From NCBI RefSeq assembly GCF_002381615.1, contig NZ_DFWY01000078.1, forward strand, positions 21,268-85,267: a DNA stretch of 64,000 nt, given 5' to 3'. The stretch is from Polaromonas sp. UBA4122 (GTDB taxonomy: Bacteria; Pseudomonadota; Gammaproteobacteria; Burkholderiales; Burkholderiaceae_C). Both the position numbers and the translations under genes were made by a program. Each line of letters opens with the position of its first letter. Position 1 is the first letter of the stretch. Below, piece after piece: positions 30,663 through 39,869 of this stretch. Under the pieces are notes generated by a model that had not been told where the DNA came from, searched no databases, and worked only from the letters and a program-made list of their open reading frames with translations.

Positions 30663-32048
30663 TCAATGCGCTGCGGCTGCAATACTCGCGTCGGGCTTCA
30701 CGCTACGCAGCAAGGCGAGCATGTCGGCCTCGATGCGGTGGAGCGCCTCTTGCGTATGGCCTTCAAAACGCAGCACCAGCACCGGCGTGGTGTTGGAGGC
30801 CCGGATCAGGCCAAAACCGTCCGGCCAGTCCACGCGAACGCCGTCGATGGTGGAAATTTTTGCGGGTGCAGGGAAAGAAGCCGCCTTGATCAGCGCCTCC
30901 ACTACCGTGTGGGGCTCACCCTCTTTGCAGGCGACGTTGAGCTCAGGCGTGCTGAAGCTGGTGGGCAGGCCGTTGAGCAAGGCGCCCGCGTCCGGCACCC
31001 GGCTCACAATCTCCAGCAGGCGCGCGCCGGCATACGTGCCGTCGTCAAAGCCGTACCAGCGCTCCTTGAAGAAGATGTGCCCGCTCATCTCGCCACCCAG
31101 CGGCGAGTTGACTTCTTTCATCTTGGCCTTGATCAGCGAATGGCCGGTTTTGTACATCATCGGCACACCGCCGGCCGCCTCAATCTCGGGCGCCAGACGC
31201 TGCGAGCATTTGACGTCAAACAAGATCGTGCCGCCCGGCACGCGCGACAGCACGTCGCGGGCAAACAGCATCATTTGCCGGTCGGGGTAGATGTTCTGAC
31301 CGTCCTTGGTCACAATGCCCAGCCGGTCGCCGTCACCGTCAAAGGCCAGGCCCAGCTCGGCATCGCCGCTTTGCAAGGCGCGAATCAGGTCCTGCAAATT
31401 CTCCGGCTTGCTCGGGTCGGGGTGGTGGTTGGGGAAATTGCCGTCGACTTCGCTGAACAGTTCAGTGACTTCACAACCCAGCGCCCGAAAAATCGCGGGG
31501 GCTGATGCACCGGCAATGCCGTTGCCCGAATCAATGACGATTTTCAGGGGGCGCGACAGCTTGATGCTGGAGACGATGCGCTCACGATAGGCTGGCTCCA
31601 CATCCACACGGCTGATGACGCCTGAAGTACCCGGCAACACCCAGGATTCGGATTCCATCATGCGGCGCAGCGCCTGGATGTCTTCGCCGTAAATCGCGCG
31701 CCCCGCCAGCACCATCTTGAAGCCGTTGTAGTCCTTGGGGTTGTGGCTGCCGGTGACCTGGATGCCCGAAGTGGCCAGCGTGCTGGCCGCAAAATAAAGC
31801 ATGGGCGTGGTGACCCTGCCGACATCGATCACATTCACACCCGCCGCCGCAAGGCCACGTGCCAGGGCCGCGCAGAGGCCGGGTCCGCTGAGCCTGCCAT
31901 CACGGCCCACCGCCACGGTGGTCTCACCTTCTGCCAGCGCGATGGTGCCAAAGGCTTTTCCAAGGGCAACGGCTAGCTCTTCGTTGATGGTGGACGGCAC
32001 CACGCCGCGAATGTCATAGGCCTTGAAAATGGATGCGTTGACTTGCAT
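30663..32048 (-). CDS. phosphomannomutase/phosphoglucomutase (AlgC-like)
   Basis: FKAYDIRG, TGSHNP, DGDGDR, GEMSGH. Confidence 0.96.
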   Translation of the reverse strand: MQVNASIFKAYDIRGVVPSTINEELAVALGKAFGTIALAEGETTVAVGRDGRLSGPGLCAALARGLAAAGVNVIDVGRVTTPMLYFAASTLATSGIQVTGSHNPKDYNGFKMVLAGRAIYGEDIQALRRMMESESWVLPGTSGVISRVDVEPAYRERIVSSIKLSRPLKIVIDSGNGIAGASAPAIFRALGCEVTELFSEVDGNFPNHHPDPSKPENLQDLIRALQSGDAELGLAFDGDGDRLGIVTKDGQNIYPDRQMMLFARDVLSRVPGGTILFDVKCSQRLAPEIEAAGGVPMMYKTGHSLIKAKMKEVNSPLGGEMSGHIFFKERWYGFDDGTYAGARLLEIVSRVPDAGALLNGLPTSFSTPELNVACKEGEPHTVVEALIKAASFPAPAKISTIDGVRVDWPDGFGLIRASNTTPVLVLRFEGHTQEALHRIEADMLALLRSVKPDASIAAAAH

Positions 32049-32180
32049 GGGAGAGCCTCGGTGAAAGTGGGATTGAATCGATTGTAGGCGTCGCCCCTCC
32101 TCCAACCGGTCTCATGGACGGCTTCAGGGACATGTCCGAAAACGGCTAGTCCAAAGGCCTGTCCGGCGTATCATTTCCCC

Positions 32181-33857
32181 ATGACGACTGAAACCGCTCC
32201 CCTCGCCGATAGCGACTGCTACCTCGCCCTGAAGGCGCGGGACGCACGCTTTGACGGCAGCTTTTTTACCGGCGTGACCTCCACCGGCATTTACTGCCGG
32301 CCGGTCTGCAGCGTCAAAACCCCCAAGCGTGAAAACTGCCGCTTTTTCCGTCATGCGGCGCAAGCCGAGCAGGCTGGTTTTCGCCCCTGCCTGCGCTGCC
32401 GGCCCGAGCTGGCGCCGCATTCGGTGGTGTGGTCTATCCAGGACGCGTCTTACATCCTGGCGCACCAGGCCGCCCGCCTGCTCGATGAGCCCGAGGGCTG
32501 GGCCGACGCCGCGCCCTCGGTCGACAAGCTGTCCGCACGGCTGGGCGTGAGCGACCGCCATATGCGGCGGATTTTCGAGGCACAGTTTGGGGTGTCGCCC
32601 ATGCAGTACCTGCAGACACGGCGGCTGCTGACTGCCAAGCAATTGCTGGCCGACACGACTATGCCGATTACACAAGTCGCCCTGATCAGCGGCTACGCCA
32701 GCGTTCGGCGCTTCAATGCCGCGTTCGTGGCGCACTACAAACTCAACCCGACGCAATTGCGGCGCCAGGGCGCTGACCGTTCAGGCGATAACCTCACCAT
32801 CCGGCTCGGCTACCGCCCGCCTTACGACATCGCGGCCCTGCTTGGATTTTTCAGCAAGCGATGCATCAATGCTATTGAATTTATAGCTACCGATACCCAT
32901 CAACCGGCCATTGGAAGGACATTACGTGTTGAATCTGGCGGCAAAGTTCAGGCCGGCTGGTTGCTGGCCAGTTTTGACGAAGCACGTTCCCAACTGGTGC
33001 TGCGTGTCAGCGACTCCCTGCTTGAAGTGTTGCCACTGGTGATCCGCCGGGTGCGTGCGATGTTCGATCTGGATGCCGACCCGGCCGCCATCAACAGCGT
33101 GCTGCATGCCAGCTTTCCCGGCGGCGACGGGCTGCGCGTGCCCGGAGCGCTGGATGGCTATGAGCTGGCCGTTCGCGCAGTGCTGGGCCAGCAGATCACG
33201 GTGGCAGCGGCCCGCACCCTGGCGCAGCGCATGGTGGACCGCTTTGGCGAGCCGCTAGCTACACCCTGGCCGCAGCTGACTCGCCTGTTTCCCGCACCTG
33301 CAGTGCTGGCCGCTGCCAGCGGCGACGCGCTGGGCCAGCTTGGCATTGTCAAGCAGCGCCAGGCCGCCATTGTCGGGATTGCCCAGGCCGTGGCGGAAAA
33401 GCGCCTGCAATTGCATGGCGGCGCCGATGTCAATGCCACCCTTGCCATGCTGAAAGAGCTGCCCGGCGTCGGCGACTGGACGGCGCAGTACATTGCCATG
33501 CGTGCCCTGCGCTGGCCCGATGCATTTCCGGCTGGCGATGTCGCGCTGCACAAGGCGCTGGGCGTGCAGGCGCTGAAAAATCCGGCCAGGCAAGCCGAGC
33601 TGGCATCGGCCGCCTGGAAACCGTGGCGCAGCTATGCCGTCATTCGCGCCTGGAGCGGGACGCTGGGCGCCGGGCCCGCCACACCGCCCACAATAGCGCC
33701 AACCGCAGCAACATTGGCGACATCAGCAGTTACTACTGAATTGATAGCTACTCGAACCCGTCCTGCAAGGTCCAACGCTATAAAACACTCCATAAAATCG
33801 CAAAAAACAGGCGCCGAACAAAGAAGAGACACTCAAGGTGAGCACCATGAAATTTGA
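32181..33857 (+). CDS. alkA: Ada metal-binding/AraC HTH fused to AlkA DNA-3-methyladenine glycosylase
   Basis: GIYCRPVC..CLRCRP Zn site, AraC HTH, VLGQQITV, LPGVGDWTA, DAFPAGD. Confidence 0.93.
   Translation: MTTETAPLADSDCYLALKARDARFDGSFFTGVTSTGIYCRPVCSVKTPKRENCRFFRHAAQAEQAGFRPCLRCRPELAPHSVVWSIQDASYILAHQAARLLDEPEGWADAAPSVDKLSARLGVSDRHMRRIFEAQFGVSPMQYLQTRRLLTAKQLLADTTMPITQVALISGYASVRRFNAAFVAHYKLNPTQLRRQGADRSGDNLTIRLGYRPPYDIAALLGFFSKRCINAIEFIATDTHQPAIGRTLRVESGGKVQAGWLLASFDEARSQLVLRVSDSLLEVLPLVIRRVRAMFDLDADPAAINSVLHASFPGGDGLRVPGALDGYELAVRAVLGQQITVAAARTLAQRMVDRFGEPLATPWPQLTRLFPAPAVLAAASGDALGQLGIVKQRQAAIVGIAQAVAEKRLQLHGGADVNATLAMLKELPGVGDWTAQYIAMRALRWPDAFPAGDVALHKALGVQALKNPARQAELASAAWKPWRSYAVIRAWSGTLGAGPATPPTIAPTAATLATSAVTTELIATRTRPARSNAIKHSIKSQKTGAEQRRDTQGEHHEI
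32871..32925 (+). repeat. family A repeat (degenerate tail) inside alkA
   Basis: GCTAT-TGAATTT-ATAGC-TACCGATACCCATC...; encodes AIEFIATDTHQ. Confidence 0.65.
33732..33797 (+). repeat. family A repeat in alkA C-terminal tail
   Basis: ACTAC-TGAATTG-ATAGC-TACTCGAACCCGTCCTGCAAGGTCCAACGCTATAAAACACTCCATAAAA; encodes TTELIATRTRPARSNAIKHSIK. Confidence 0.75.
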
Positions 33858-34458
33858 CACCCCCATCGTCCAGACCACTTTCCAAAGTCCGCTGGGGACC
33901 ATGATCATCGCGGCCACGGCCAAAGGCCTGGCCGGGCTCTGGTTTGAAGGTCAGCGACACCTGCCGCCGGAGTTGGGAGGGCCAGACCAAAGTGCGCCGC
34001 TAAGGGCCGCCCCGAGCAAACACAGCCCACTCGGGGGGCAGCGTATTACACGAAGTGAAAAGCGGGGGGGCCATACCCTCTGGCCCGCCGATCCCGAACA
34101 CCCGGTGCTCAAAAATGTCAGCCAGCAACTCGCCGAGTATTTCGCGGGGCAGCGCAACCGTTTTGAGGTGCCGCTGGATCTGGCGTGCGGCACGGCCTTC
34201 CAGCAATCGGTGTGGCAGGCGCTGCTGGCCATCCCGTATGGCCGCACCGCGAGCTACGGTGAAGTGAGTCGTCGCATTGGCAAACCGACCGCCGTCAGGG
34301 CCGTGGGCGCCGCGGTCGGGCGCAACCCGGTCAGCATCATCGTGCCGTGTCATCGCGTGATGGGCGCAAACGGTTCGCTCACCGGCTACGCCGGCGGGCT
34401 GGATCGCAAAACCGCCTTGCTCAAGCTTGAAGGTGCACTTCAGGAGACCCTGCTTTGA
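33847..34458 (+). CDS. ogt: methylated-DNA--protein-cysteine methyltransferase with repeat-derived insert
   Basis: SPLG, GTAFQQSVW, RAVGAAVGRNP, IVPCHRV, GYAGG. Confidence 0.95.
   Translation: MKFDTPIVQTTFQSPLGTMIIAATAKGLAGLWFEGQRHLPPELGGPDQSAPLRAAPSKHSPLGGQRITRSEKRGGHTLWPADPEHPVLKNVSQQLAEYFAGQRNRFEVPLDLACGTAFQQSVWQALLAIPYGRTASYGEVSRRIGKPTAVRAVGAAVGRNPVSIIVPCHRVMGANGSLTGYAGGLDRKTALLKLEGALQETLL
33994..34070 (-). repeat. family B repeat in-frame inside ogt
   Basis: Reverse complement GCCCCCCGCTTTTCACTTCGTGTAATACGCTGCCCCCCGAGTGGGCTGTGTTTGCTCGGGGCGGCCCTTAGCGGCGC; encodes APLRAAPSKHSPLGGQRITRSEKRGG. Confidence 0.9.
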
Positions 34459-35399
34459 GTTCCAGGTCTTCGGGACTCGCAGCGCCCGCCACCCTTGCCA
34501 GCCCCAAGCCCTGGGGCACCGATTTCGTGTTGCTGGCGGCCATTTGGGGCTCTTCATTTCTCTTCATGCGCATCGGCACCGTCGAGTTTGGCCCACTGCC
34601 GACGGCCGCCGTGCGCGTGGCGATTGCGGCTGGGTTCCTGCTGCCCATCGTGTGGCTGCGCGGCTTGTTGCCGGAACTCAAAAAACACTGGCGGCGGACT
34701 TTCTTCATCGGCCTGCTCAACTCCGGCATTCCGTTTGCCTGTTTTTCGTTTGCACTGCTGTCCATCAGCACCGGGCTGGCAGCCATTCTCAACGCCACGG
34801 TGCCGATGTTTGGCGCGCTGATTGCCTGGGCTTGGCTGAAGGACAAACCCAATGCCTCGCGCGTGCTGGGGCTGGTCATCGGCTTTGCCGGTGTGGCGCT
34901 GCTCGCCTGGGACAAAGCAAGCTTCAAGCCGGATGCCTCGGGCGTGGCGCCCGGCTGGGCCGTACTGGCCTGCCTGCTGGCCTGCGTGTGCTACGGCATT
35001 TCGGCCAGCTACACCAAGCGCTATCTTTCAGGCTTGCCGCCGCTGGTGACCGCCGCGGGCAGCCAGATTGGCGCGACGCTGGGCCTGACCTTGCCGGCAC
35101 TGTGGCTGTGGCCGGCGCGCATGCCGGGCAGTTCGGCCTGGCTGGCGCTGCTGGCTGTCGGCGTGATGTGCACCGGGCTGGCCTATATCGTCTTTTTCCA
35201 CCTGATTGAAAACGCCGGTCCGGCGCGCGCGCTGTCAGTGACATTTCTGGTGCCGGTGTTTGCCGTGTTGTACGGCGTGCTGTTTCTCGGGGAAGCGGTC
35301 ACGCCGTGGATGGTGGTGTGCGCCGGTGTGATTGTGTGCGGCACAGCGCTGTCCACCGGGCTCTTGAGGCTGGGGCGCGACCGTACACTAAAACGATAA
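34455..35399 (+). CDS. EamA/DMT-family transporter
   Basis: LAAIWGSSFLFM, ILNATVP, LGEAVT; two EamA repeats. Confidence 0.92.
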   Translation: MSSRSSGLAAPATLASPKPWGTDFVLLAAIWGSSFLFMRIGTVEFGPLPTAAVRVAIAAGFLLPIVWLRGLLPELKKHWRRTFFIGLLNSGIPFACFSFALLSISTGLAAILNATVPMFGALIAWAWLKDKPNASRVLGLVIGFAGVALLAWDKASFKPDASGVAPGWAVLACLLACVCYGISASYTKRYLSGLPPLVTAAGSQIGATLGLTLPALWLWPARMPGSSAWLALLAVGVMCTGLAYIVFFHLIENAGPARALSVTFLVPVFAVLYGVLFLGEAVTPWMVVCAGVIVCGTALSTGLLRLGRDRTLKR

Positions 35400-35409
35400 C
35401 AGGAGCACC

Positions 35410-35586
35410 ATGAGTTCTGCACGCAAAACCAAACGGAAACTGAAACTGAAGCTGACGGCACCCAAGCCCAGAAACCCGCTGGTGGCACCCGCCTCCCGGC
35501 GCAAGGCGGGCGCGCACCGCAAGTCGCAAGCGGCCCTCCGGCGCGCTGAAAAAATGGCCTTGAAAAAGCAGCTGCCTGATCAGTGA
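35410..35586 (+). CDS. small basic protein, 58 aa (below ORF-track cutoff)
   Basis: AGGAG RBS at 35401; MSSARKTKRKLKLKLTAPKPRNPLVAPASRRKAGAHRKSQAALRRAEKMALKKQLPDQ. Confidence 0.75.
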   Translation: MSSARKTKRKLKLKLTAPKPRNPLVAPASRRKAGAHRKSQAALRRAEKMALKKQLPDQ

Positions 35587-35595
35587 TAAGTTGAT

Positions 35596-36255
35596 TTACT
35601 GCAGGGCGCCAGCCACCAAATTGATGCTGAGCGCCAGTATCAACATGTTGAAGCCAAAGGAAAGTACACCGTGCACCAGTGTGAGCCGACGCATCTCGCG
35701 CGAGGTCACCTGCACATCGGACACCTGCGAGGTCATGCCGACCACGTGGGCGTAATACAGAAAATCAAAATAGTCCGGATCAAGACCACCGGGAAACCGC
35801 AGGCCTGGTCCATCCGGATCTCTCAGGTTCTCTTCCTGGTAATACCGGTGGGCATAGCGAAACGCAAACATGGTCTGAATGAAAAGCCAGGAGGCGGCCA
35901 ACGCTGCCATGGACAACACAATATGGAACGTGCGCAGCATGCCCGAGAGGTCCCGGGACTGCTGCATCATGACGGTAATGGCCGCCACGCAAGCCGTCGT
36001 TGCCAGCAGCATCAGCAGAAAAAGCACCCCACTGGGCTCATCCTGCGCCTGGGACCGCGCACGTGTCCGATTTGAATCAAAGCGCGCACACAGCCACCAG
36101 GCCAGCATCAGGTAGACGGAAATGCCCACACACCACCCCAAGAGCCCGCGAAACTGCCATGCCAGCGGCATGGGCAGCGCCGCTGTGGCCAAGCCAGCCA
36201 ACAATCCGTAGCCCAGGCGCTGTGGGCCGGTGGTTTCGGAAAGGTGTTTACGCAT
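35596..36255 (-). CDS. DUF1345 membrane protein
   Basis: GLRFPG..PDYFDFLYYAHVVGMTSQVSDV. Confidence 0.9.
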   Translation of the reverse strand: MRKHLSETTGPQRLGYGLLAGLATAALPMPLAWQFRGLLGWCVGISVYLMLAWWLCARFDSNRTRARSQAQDEPSGVLFLLMLLATTACVAAITVMMQQSRDLSGMLRTFHIVLSMAALAASWLFIQTMFAFRYAHRYYQEENLRDPDGPGLRFPGGLDPDYFDFLYYAHVVGMTSQVSDVQVTSREMRRLTLVHGVLSFGFNMLILALSINLVAGALQ

Positions 36256-36300
36256 GGCGTTGATTGTGATGGCAATATCCTTCAGCGTGTCGCGACGACA

Positions 36301-37728
36301 TTATGTTGAGTGCTGATTGTGTGCTTGTGCCGACGCCAGATGATCAGACTGCCAGGCAAATTCCACCACAACTGCGAGCCCGATACCGGTTGCGGGCGTT
36401 GAAAGACTCACCTGTGCGCCGGCTTTGGAGGCAAACTCGCGGACGATGGCCAGTCCGAGGCCGCTGCCGTTGGAATCGCGGTCATGGATCCGGTAGAAAC
36501 GCTCGAATACCCGTTCCCTGCACTCAACAGGAATGCCCGGACCGTTGTCTTCCACGATCAGTGTCGTTCTGCCTTCCACTGAATCGACATGAACCGTTAC
36601 GATGCCTCCCGCTTGGGTATACCGGATGGCGTTATCGACCAAGTTCATCACCATTTCTTTAATGGCAACCGGATGCGCCTTGACCGTGCTTGAGTCACCT
36701 GTCATTTCAAATCCCAGATCGATGTCCTTGGTCTGCGCCTGGGCGGCCAGATTTTCAAACACTTCCTGAACAACGACGGCCAGGTTGTTCGGTGTAACCG
36801 GGTCTGCCTCAGAGTTTGAGGCAAGCGCTTCAGCGGCAGACAAGGTCAACAACTGGTTCACCAATCGCACCGCCTGCTGCAGGGTGCGGCGCGCTGCTTT
36901 CAATGATTCAACCCGACCTTGATCATCAGTGGCCCGCATCGCATAGCTGAGCTGCGTGTTCAATAGCGCAAACGGAGTGCGCAGCTGGTGCGCGGCATTC
37001 TGGATAAAAATGCTCTGGGCGCCAGCGTGTTCTTCCAGCCGTCTGATGTAGTCGTTGATGGAGTCGACCAGGGGCGCCAGCTCTGCCGGCATGCCCTTTG
37101 ACTCTATCGGTTGCAAGGTGCCCGGCACACGAGCGCTGACGGTATTACGCAGCTGGAGCAAAGGCCGCAGTCCACGATTCAGCCCAAACAAAATGAACAC
37201 GGCAGCAAGCGCCAGAATAAGCAGCTGTTGACGGACCGCATGCATCCAGAGGCTATGGGCCAGTTGTTGATGACCATGCATGGTTTGCGCCACTTCCACC
37301 ATGACAGGCCGGGCGTTCGGGTCCCCGATCACCGGCTGCAGGAGCGCCACGACCCGTACTGGCGCTTCGCGCATCGATGAGTTAAAGAAGTAAGGCGACT
37401 CGGCCTGCAATGCGACTGACGGCCTGGCCAGACCGGTGTAGCCTGACAGCAGGTGACCCGCGCCGGTCGTCACGCGGTAGTAGATTCGGTCAGGTTGACT
37501 GGACTGGAACAGCTCCAGTGCGGCGGGCGGAATCTGGTTCTGAAAGGAGCCATCCTCAAAACTGATCTGCTCTGCGATGCTGCGCGCGGAACCCAGTAGC
37601 AAACGGTCCTGTACCACCGAGGCGGTGTCCAGCGCATTGCCGTAGGTGGTCCAGGCATCAACCGCTACAGCACTGGCCAGCGGCAACAGTACCCACCCCA
37701 GCAGCTTGGCGCGCAGGCTACGGAACAT
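36301..37728 (-). CDS. sensor histidine kinase (TctE/QseC-like)
   Basis: DRLLLGSARSIAE sensor region, AAHQLRTP H-box, NLVDNAIRY, DNGPGI, GSGLGLAIV. Confidence 0.93.
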   Translation of the reverse strand: MFRSLRAKLLGWVLLPLASAVAVDAWTTYGNALDTASVVQDRLLLGSARSIAEQISFEDGSFQNQIPPAALELFQSSQPDRIYYRVTTGAGHLLSGYTGLARPSVALQAESPYFFNSSMREAPVRVVALLQPVIGDPNARPVMVEVAQTMHGHQQLAHSLWMHAVRQQLLILALAAVFILFGLNRGLRPLLQLRNTVSARVPGTLQPIESKGMPAELAPLVDSINDYIRRLEEHAGAQSIFIQNAAHQLRTPFALLNTQLSYAMRATDDQGRVESLKAARRTLQQAVRLVNQLLTLSAAEALASNSEADPVTPNNLAVVVQEVFENLAAQAQTKDIDLGFEMTGDSSTVKAHPVAIKEMVMNLVDNAIRYTQAGGIVTVHVDSVEGRTTLIVEDNGPGIPVECRERVFERFYRIHDRDSNGSGLGLAIVREFASKAGAQVSLSTPATGIGLAVVVEFAWQSDHLASAQAHNQHST

Positions 37729-38395
37729 CTGCCACCTCACGCAGCAGATAGCCCAGCCCCCGCAGCGTCACGATCTTGGCGACACTCTTTTCAAGTTTCT
37801 TTCGCAGGCGATGGACATAGATTTCGATCGCATCGGCGGAAACCTCTTCATCCATCGAAAACAGGCTTTGCGCCAAAGCCTGCTTGGACACCGTCGTCCC
37901 TGCCCTGGTCATCAGGACCTCCAGGACTGCACGCTCGCGTGGTGTGAGTGAAAGGCTTGTCTGGGCCAGCTTGAATTCCCTCGTATTGGTGTCGTAGTGA
38001 AGGTCACCACAGACAAGCAGCGGATTGGCGAGCCTGGAAGAGCGTCTGAGCAGTACGCGAATCCGCGCCTCCAGCTCCTCAACCTCGAAAGGCTTGGCCA
38101 TGTAATCATCTGCACCGTGGTCCAGTTCGCTGACACGGCTTTGAATCGTGTTGTTAGCCGTCAGAATCAATACCGGCGTGTTGTCGTTGCGCGCACGAAG
38201 CCGCTTGAGCACCTCCTTGCCATCGAGCTTTGGCAGCGCCAGATCGAGTAGGACCAGACTGTAGGTCTCGGAGCGCAGCACAAAGTCCGCATCAGCGCCA
38301 TTGTCAATCCAGTCAACGGTGTACTGCTCCTTGCGCAGCGTGCGCCTGAGCCAGGCTGCCAGGACCTTGTTGTCTTCAACCAGCAAAATTCGCAT
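37718..38395 (-). CDS. OmpR-family response regulator (TctD-like)
   Basis: MRILLVEDN, LDLALP, KPF, winged-helix IEIYVHRLRKK..TLRGLGY. Confidence 0.95.
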   Translation of the reverse strand: MRILLVEDNKVLAAWLRRTLRKEQYTVDWIDNGADADFVLRSETYSLVLLDLALPKLDGKEVLKRLRARNDNTPVLILTANNTIQSRVSELDHGADDYMAKPFEVEELEARIRVLLRRSSRLANPLLVCGDLHYDTNTREFKLAQTSLSLTPRERAVLEVLMTRAGTTVSKQALAQSLFSMDEEVSADAIEIYVHRLRKKLEKSVAKIVTLRGLGYLLREVADVP

Positions 38396-38602
38396 ATTTA
38401 AAAATTGGGTTCACGCTCTGAACAAAACCGCTCCGGCCGGATTTTTCATTTGGATGGCAAAGGCAAGATGCAGGCTACCCGGATCATAGTAGGGCCACTT
38501 CAATGCGGGTACGCCCCTATCGCCAAAATCAAACCTACGGCTTGCCGGACCGTTCATCCGCCTTCATCGTCACCCCCGTACTTTCCCTAATCCCACAAGA
38601 TT

Positions 38603-38619
38603 GAAAGCCAACGGAAAGC
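38603..38619. promoter_or_regulatory. putative response-regulator direct repeat
   Basis: GAAAGC-N5-GAAAGC (11-bp period) between divergent RR and ABC genes; another GAAAGC at 38686. Confidence 0.4.
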
Positions 38620-38754
38620 TACGGTCTCTTACGCTACCTGTCGATCGAGCTCCAAAACAGATTTTTCTGTGGTGCACCAGAGATGGAAAGCTCATCAGCG
38701 AAAAGTTACCCACATCGCAGCAGGCATGCCTGCACATTACAACCAGGAGATGAT

Positions 38755-39765
38755 ATGAACGCAAAACCAGTCAAACGCGCCCTGCTGACTTCAGTGGCCC
38801 TCGCCGCAACGCTTTTGAGTACATCCGCCGCTTTTGCGGCCGACAAGGTTTCCATCATGATCGGTGGTTATGAAAAGCATATTTACCTGCCCGCCAAGCT
38901 CGCCGAAGGACTGGGCTACTTCAAGGCCGAAGGGCTTGAAGTGGAATTGCTCAATGAAGGTGCCGGCGTGGACGCTGAAAACGAGATGCTGGCCGGCGCC
39001 GTGCAAGGCGTTGTCGGTTTTTACGATCACTGCGTGGACCTGCAGACCAAGGGAAAGTATGTGATGTCCGTGGTGCAGCTCAGCCAGGCACCGGGCGAAG
39101 TCGAGCTGGTCTCAACCAAGCACCCTGAAATCAAATCCATGGCCGACCTCAGGGGCAAGAGTCTGGGCGTCACCGGCCTGGGTTCCTCCACCAATTTCCT
39201 GAGCCAGTATCTGATGGTGAAGTCCGGCGTTCCGCTCGGTGAATTCACATCGATTCCGGTGGGCGCTGGTACGACTTTCATTGCAGCCATGCAGCAAGAC
39301 AAGATTCAGGCCGGCATGACCACCGAGCCCACCATCTCGCGGCTGCTGAAGACCGGCGAAGCGCGTGTACTGATCGATATGCGTTCGATCGAAAAAACCA
39401 AACAGGCGCTAGGCGGCACCTATCCCGCAGCCTCGCTGTACATGTCCACCGACTGGGTTGAAAAGAACAAGCCGACGGTCCAGAAGCTGGCCAACGCCTT
39501 CGTCAAGACCCTGAAATACATCAACACGCACAGCGCTGCCGAGATCGCCGAAAAAATGCCCAAAGACTTCTACGTAGGTGACAAGGAGGGCTATATCAAG
39601 GCTCTCGCCGATGGAAAAGGCATGTTCACGCCCGATGGTGTGATGCCGGCTGGCGGCCCCGAGACGGTGCTTGCCGTTCTGTCCGGTTTCTCCAAAAACG
39701 TCAAGGGCAAAACCGTTGACCTGTCGAAAACCTTCACGACCGAGTTCGTCAAGAACGCAAAGTAA
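38755..39765 (+). CDS. NitT/TauT-family ABC substrate-binding protein
   Basis: AGGAG RBS, signal peptide, YLPAKLAEGLGYFKAEGL, GVTGLGSST. Confidence 0.92.
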   Translation: MNAKPVKRALLTSVALAATLLSTSAAFAADKVSIMIGGYEKHIYLPAKLAEGLGYFKAEGLEVELLNEGAGVDAENEMLAGAVQGVVGFYDHCVDLQTKGKYVMSVVQLSQAPGEVELVSTKHPEIKSMADLRGKSLGVTGLGSSTNFLSQYLMVKSGVPLGEFTSIPVGAGTTFIAAMQQDKIQAGMTTEPTISRLLKTGEARVLIDMRSIEKTKQALGGTYPAASLYMSTDWVEKNKPTVQKLANAFVKTLKYINTHSAAEIAEKMPKDFYVGDKEGYIKALADGKGMFTPDGVMPAGGPETVLAVLSGFSKNVKGKTVDLSKTFTTEFVKNAK

Positions 39766-39869
39766 GCCACTGACCGGGCCAGGCGATGAGGGTTGCATGG
39801 TCATCGCCTGGCACTGGTCAGCGTATCAAAAACTCAATGCCAGAGTGCCCTCTGGCATACGGAAAATTT

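Noticed and set aside
36951-36967. GCTGC-GTGTTCA-ATAGC in the histidine kinase
   Set aside because: No tail; explained by codons next to the conserved H-box.
38474-38490. GCTAC-CCGGATC-ATAGT near the response regulator
   Set aside because: GC-rich spacer and no tail on either side.
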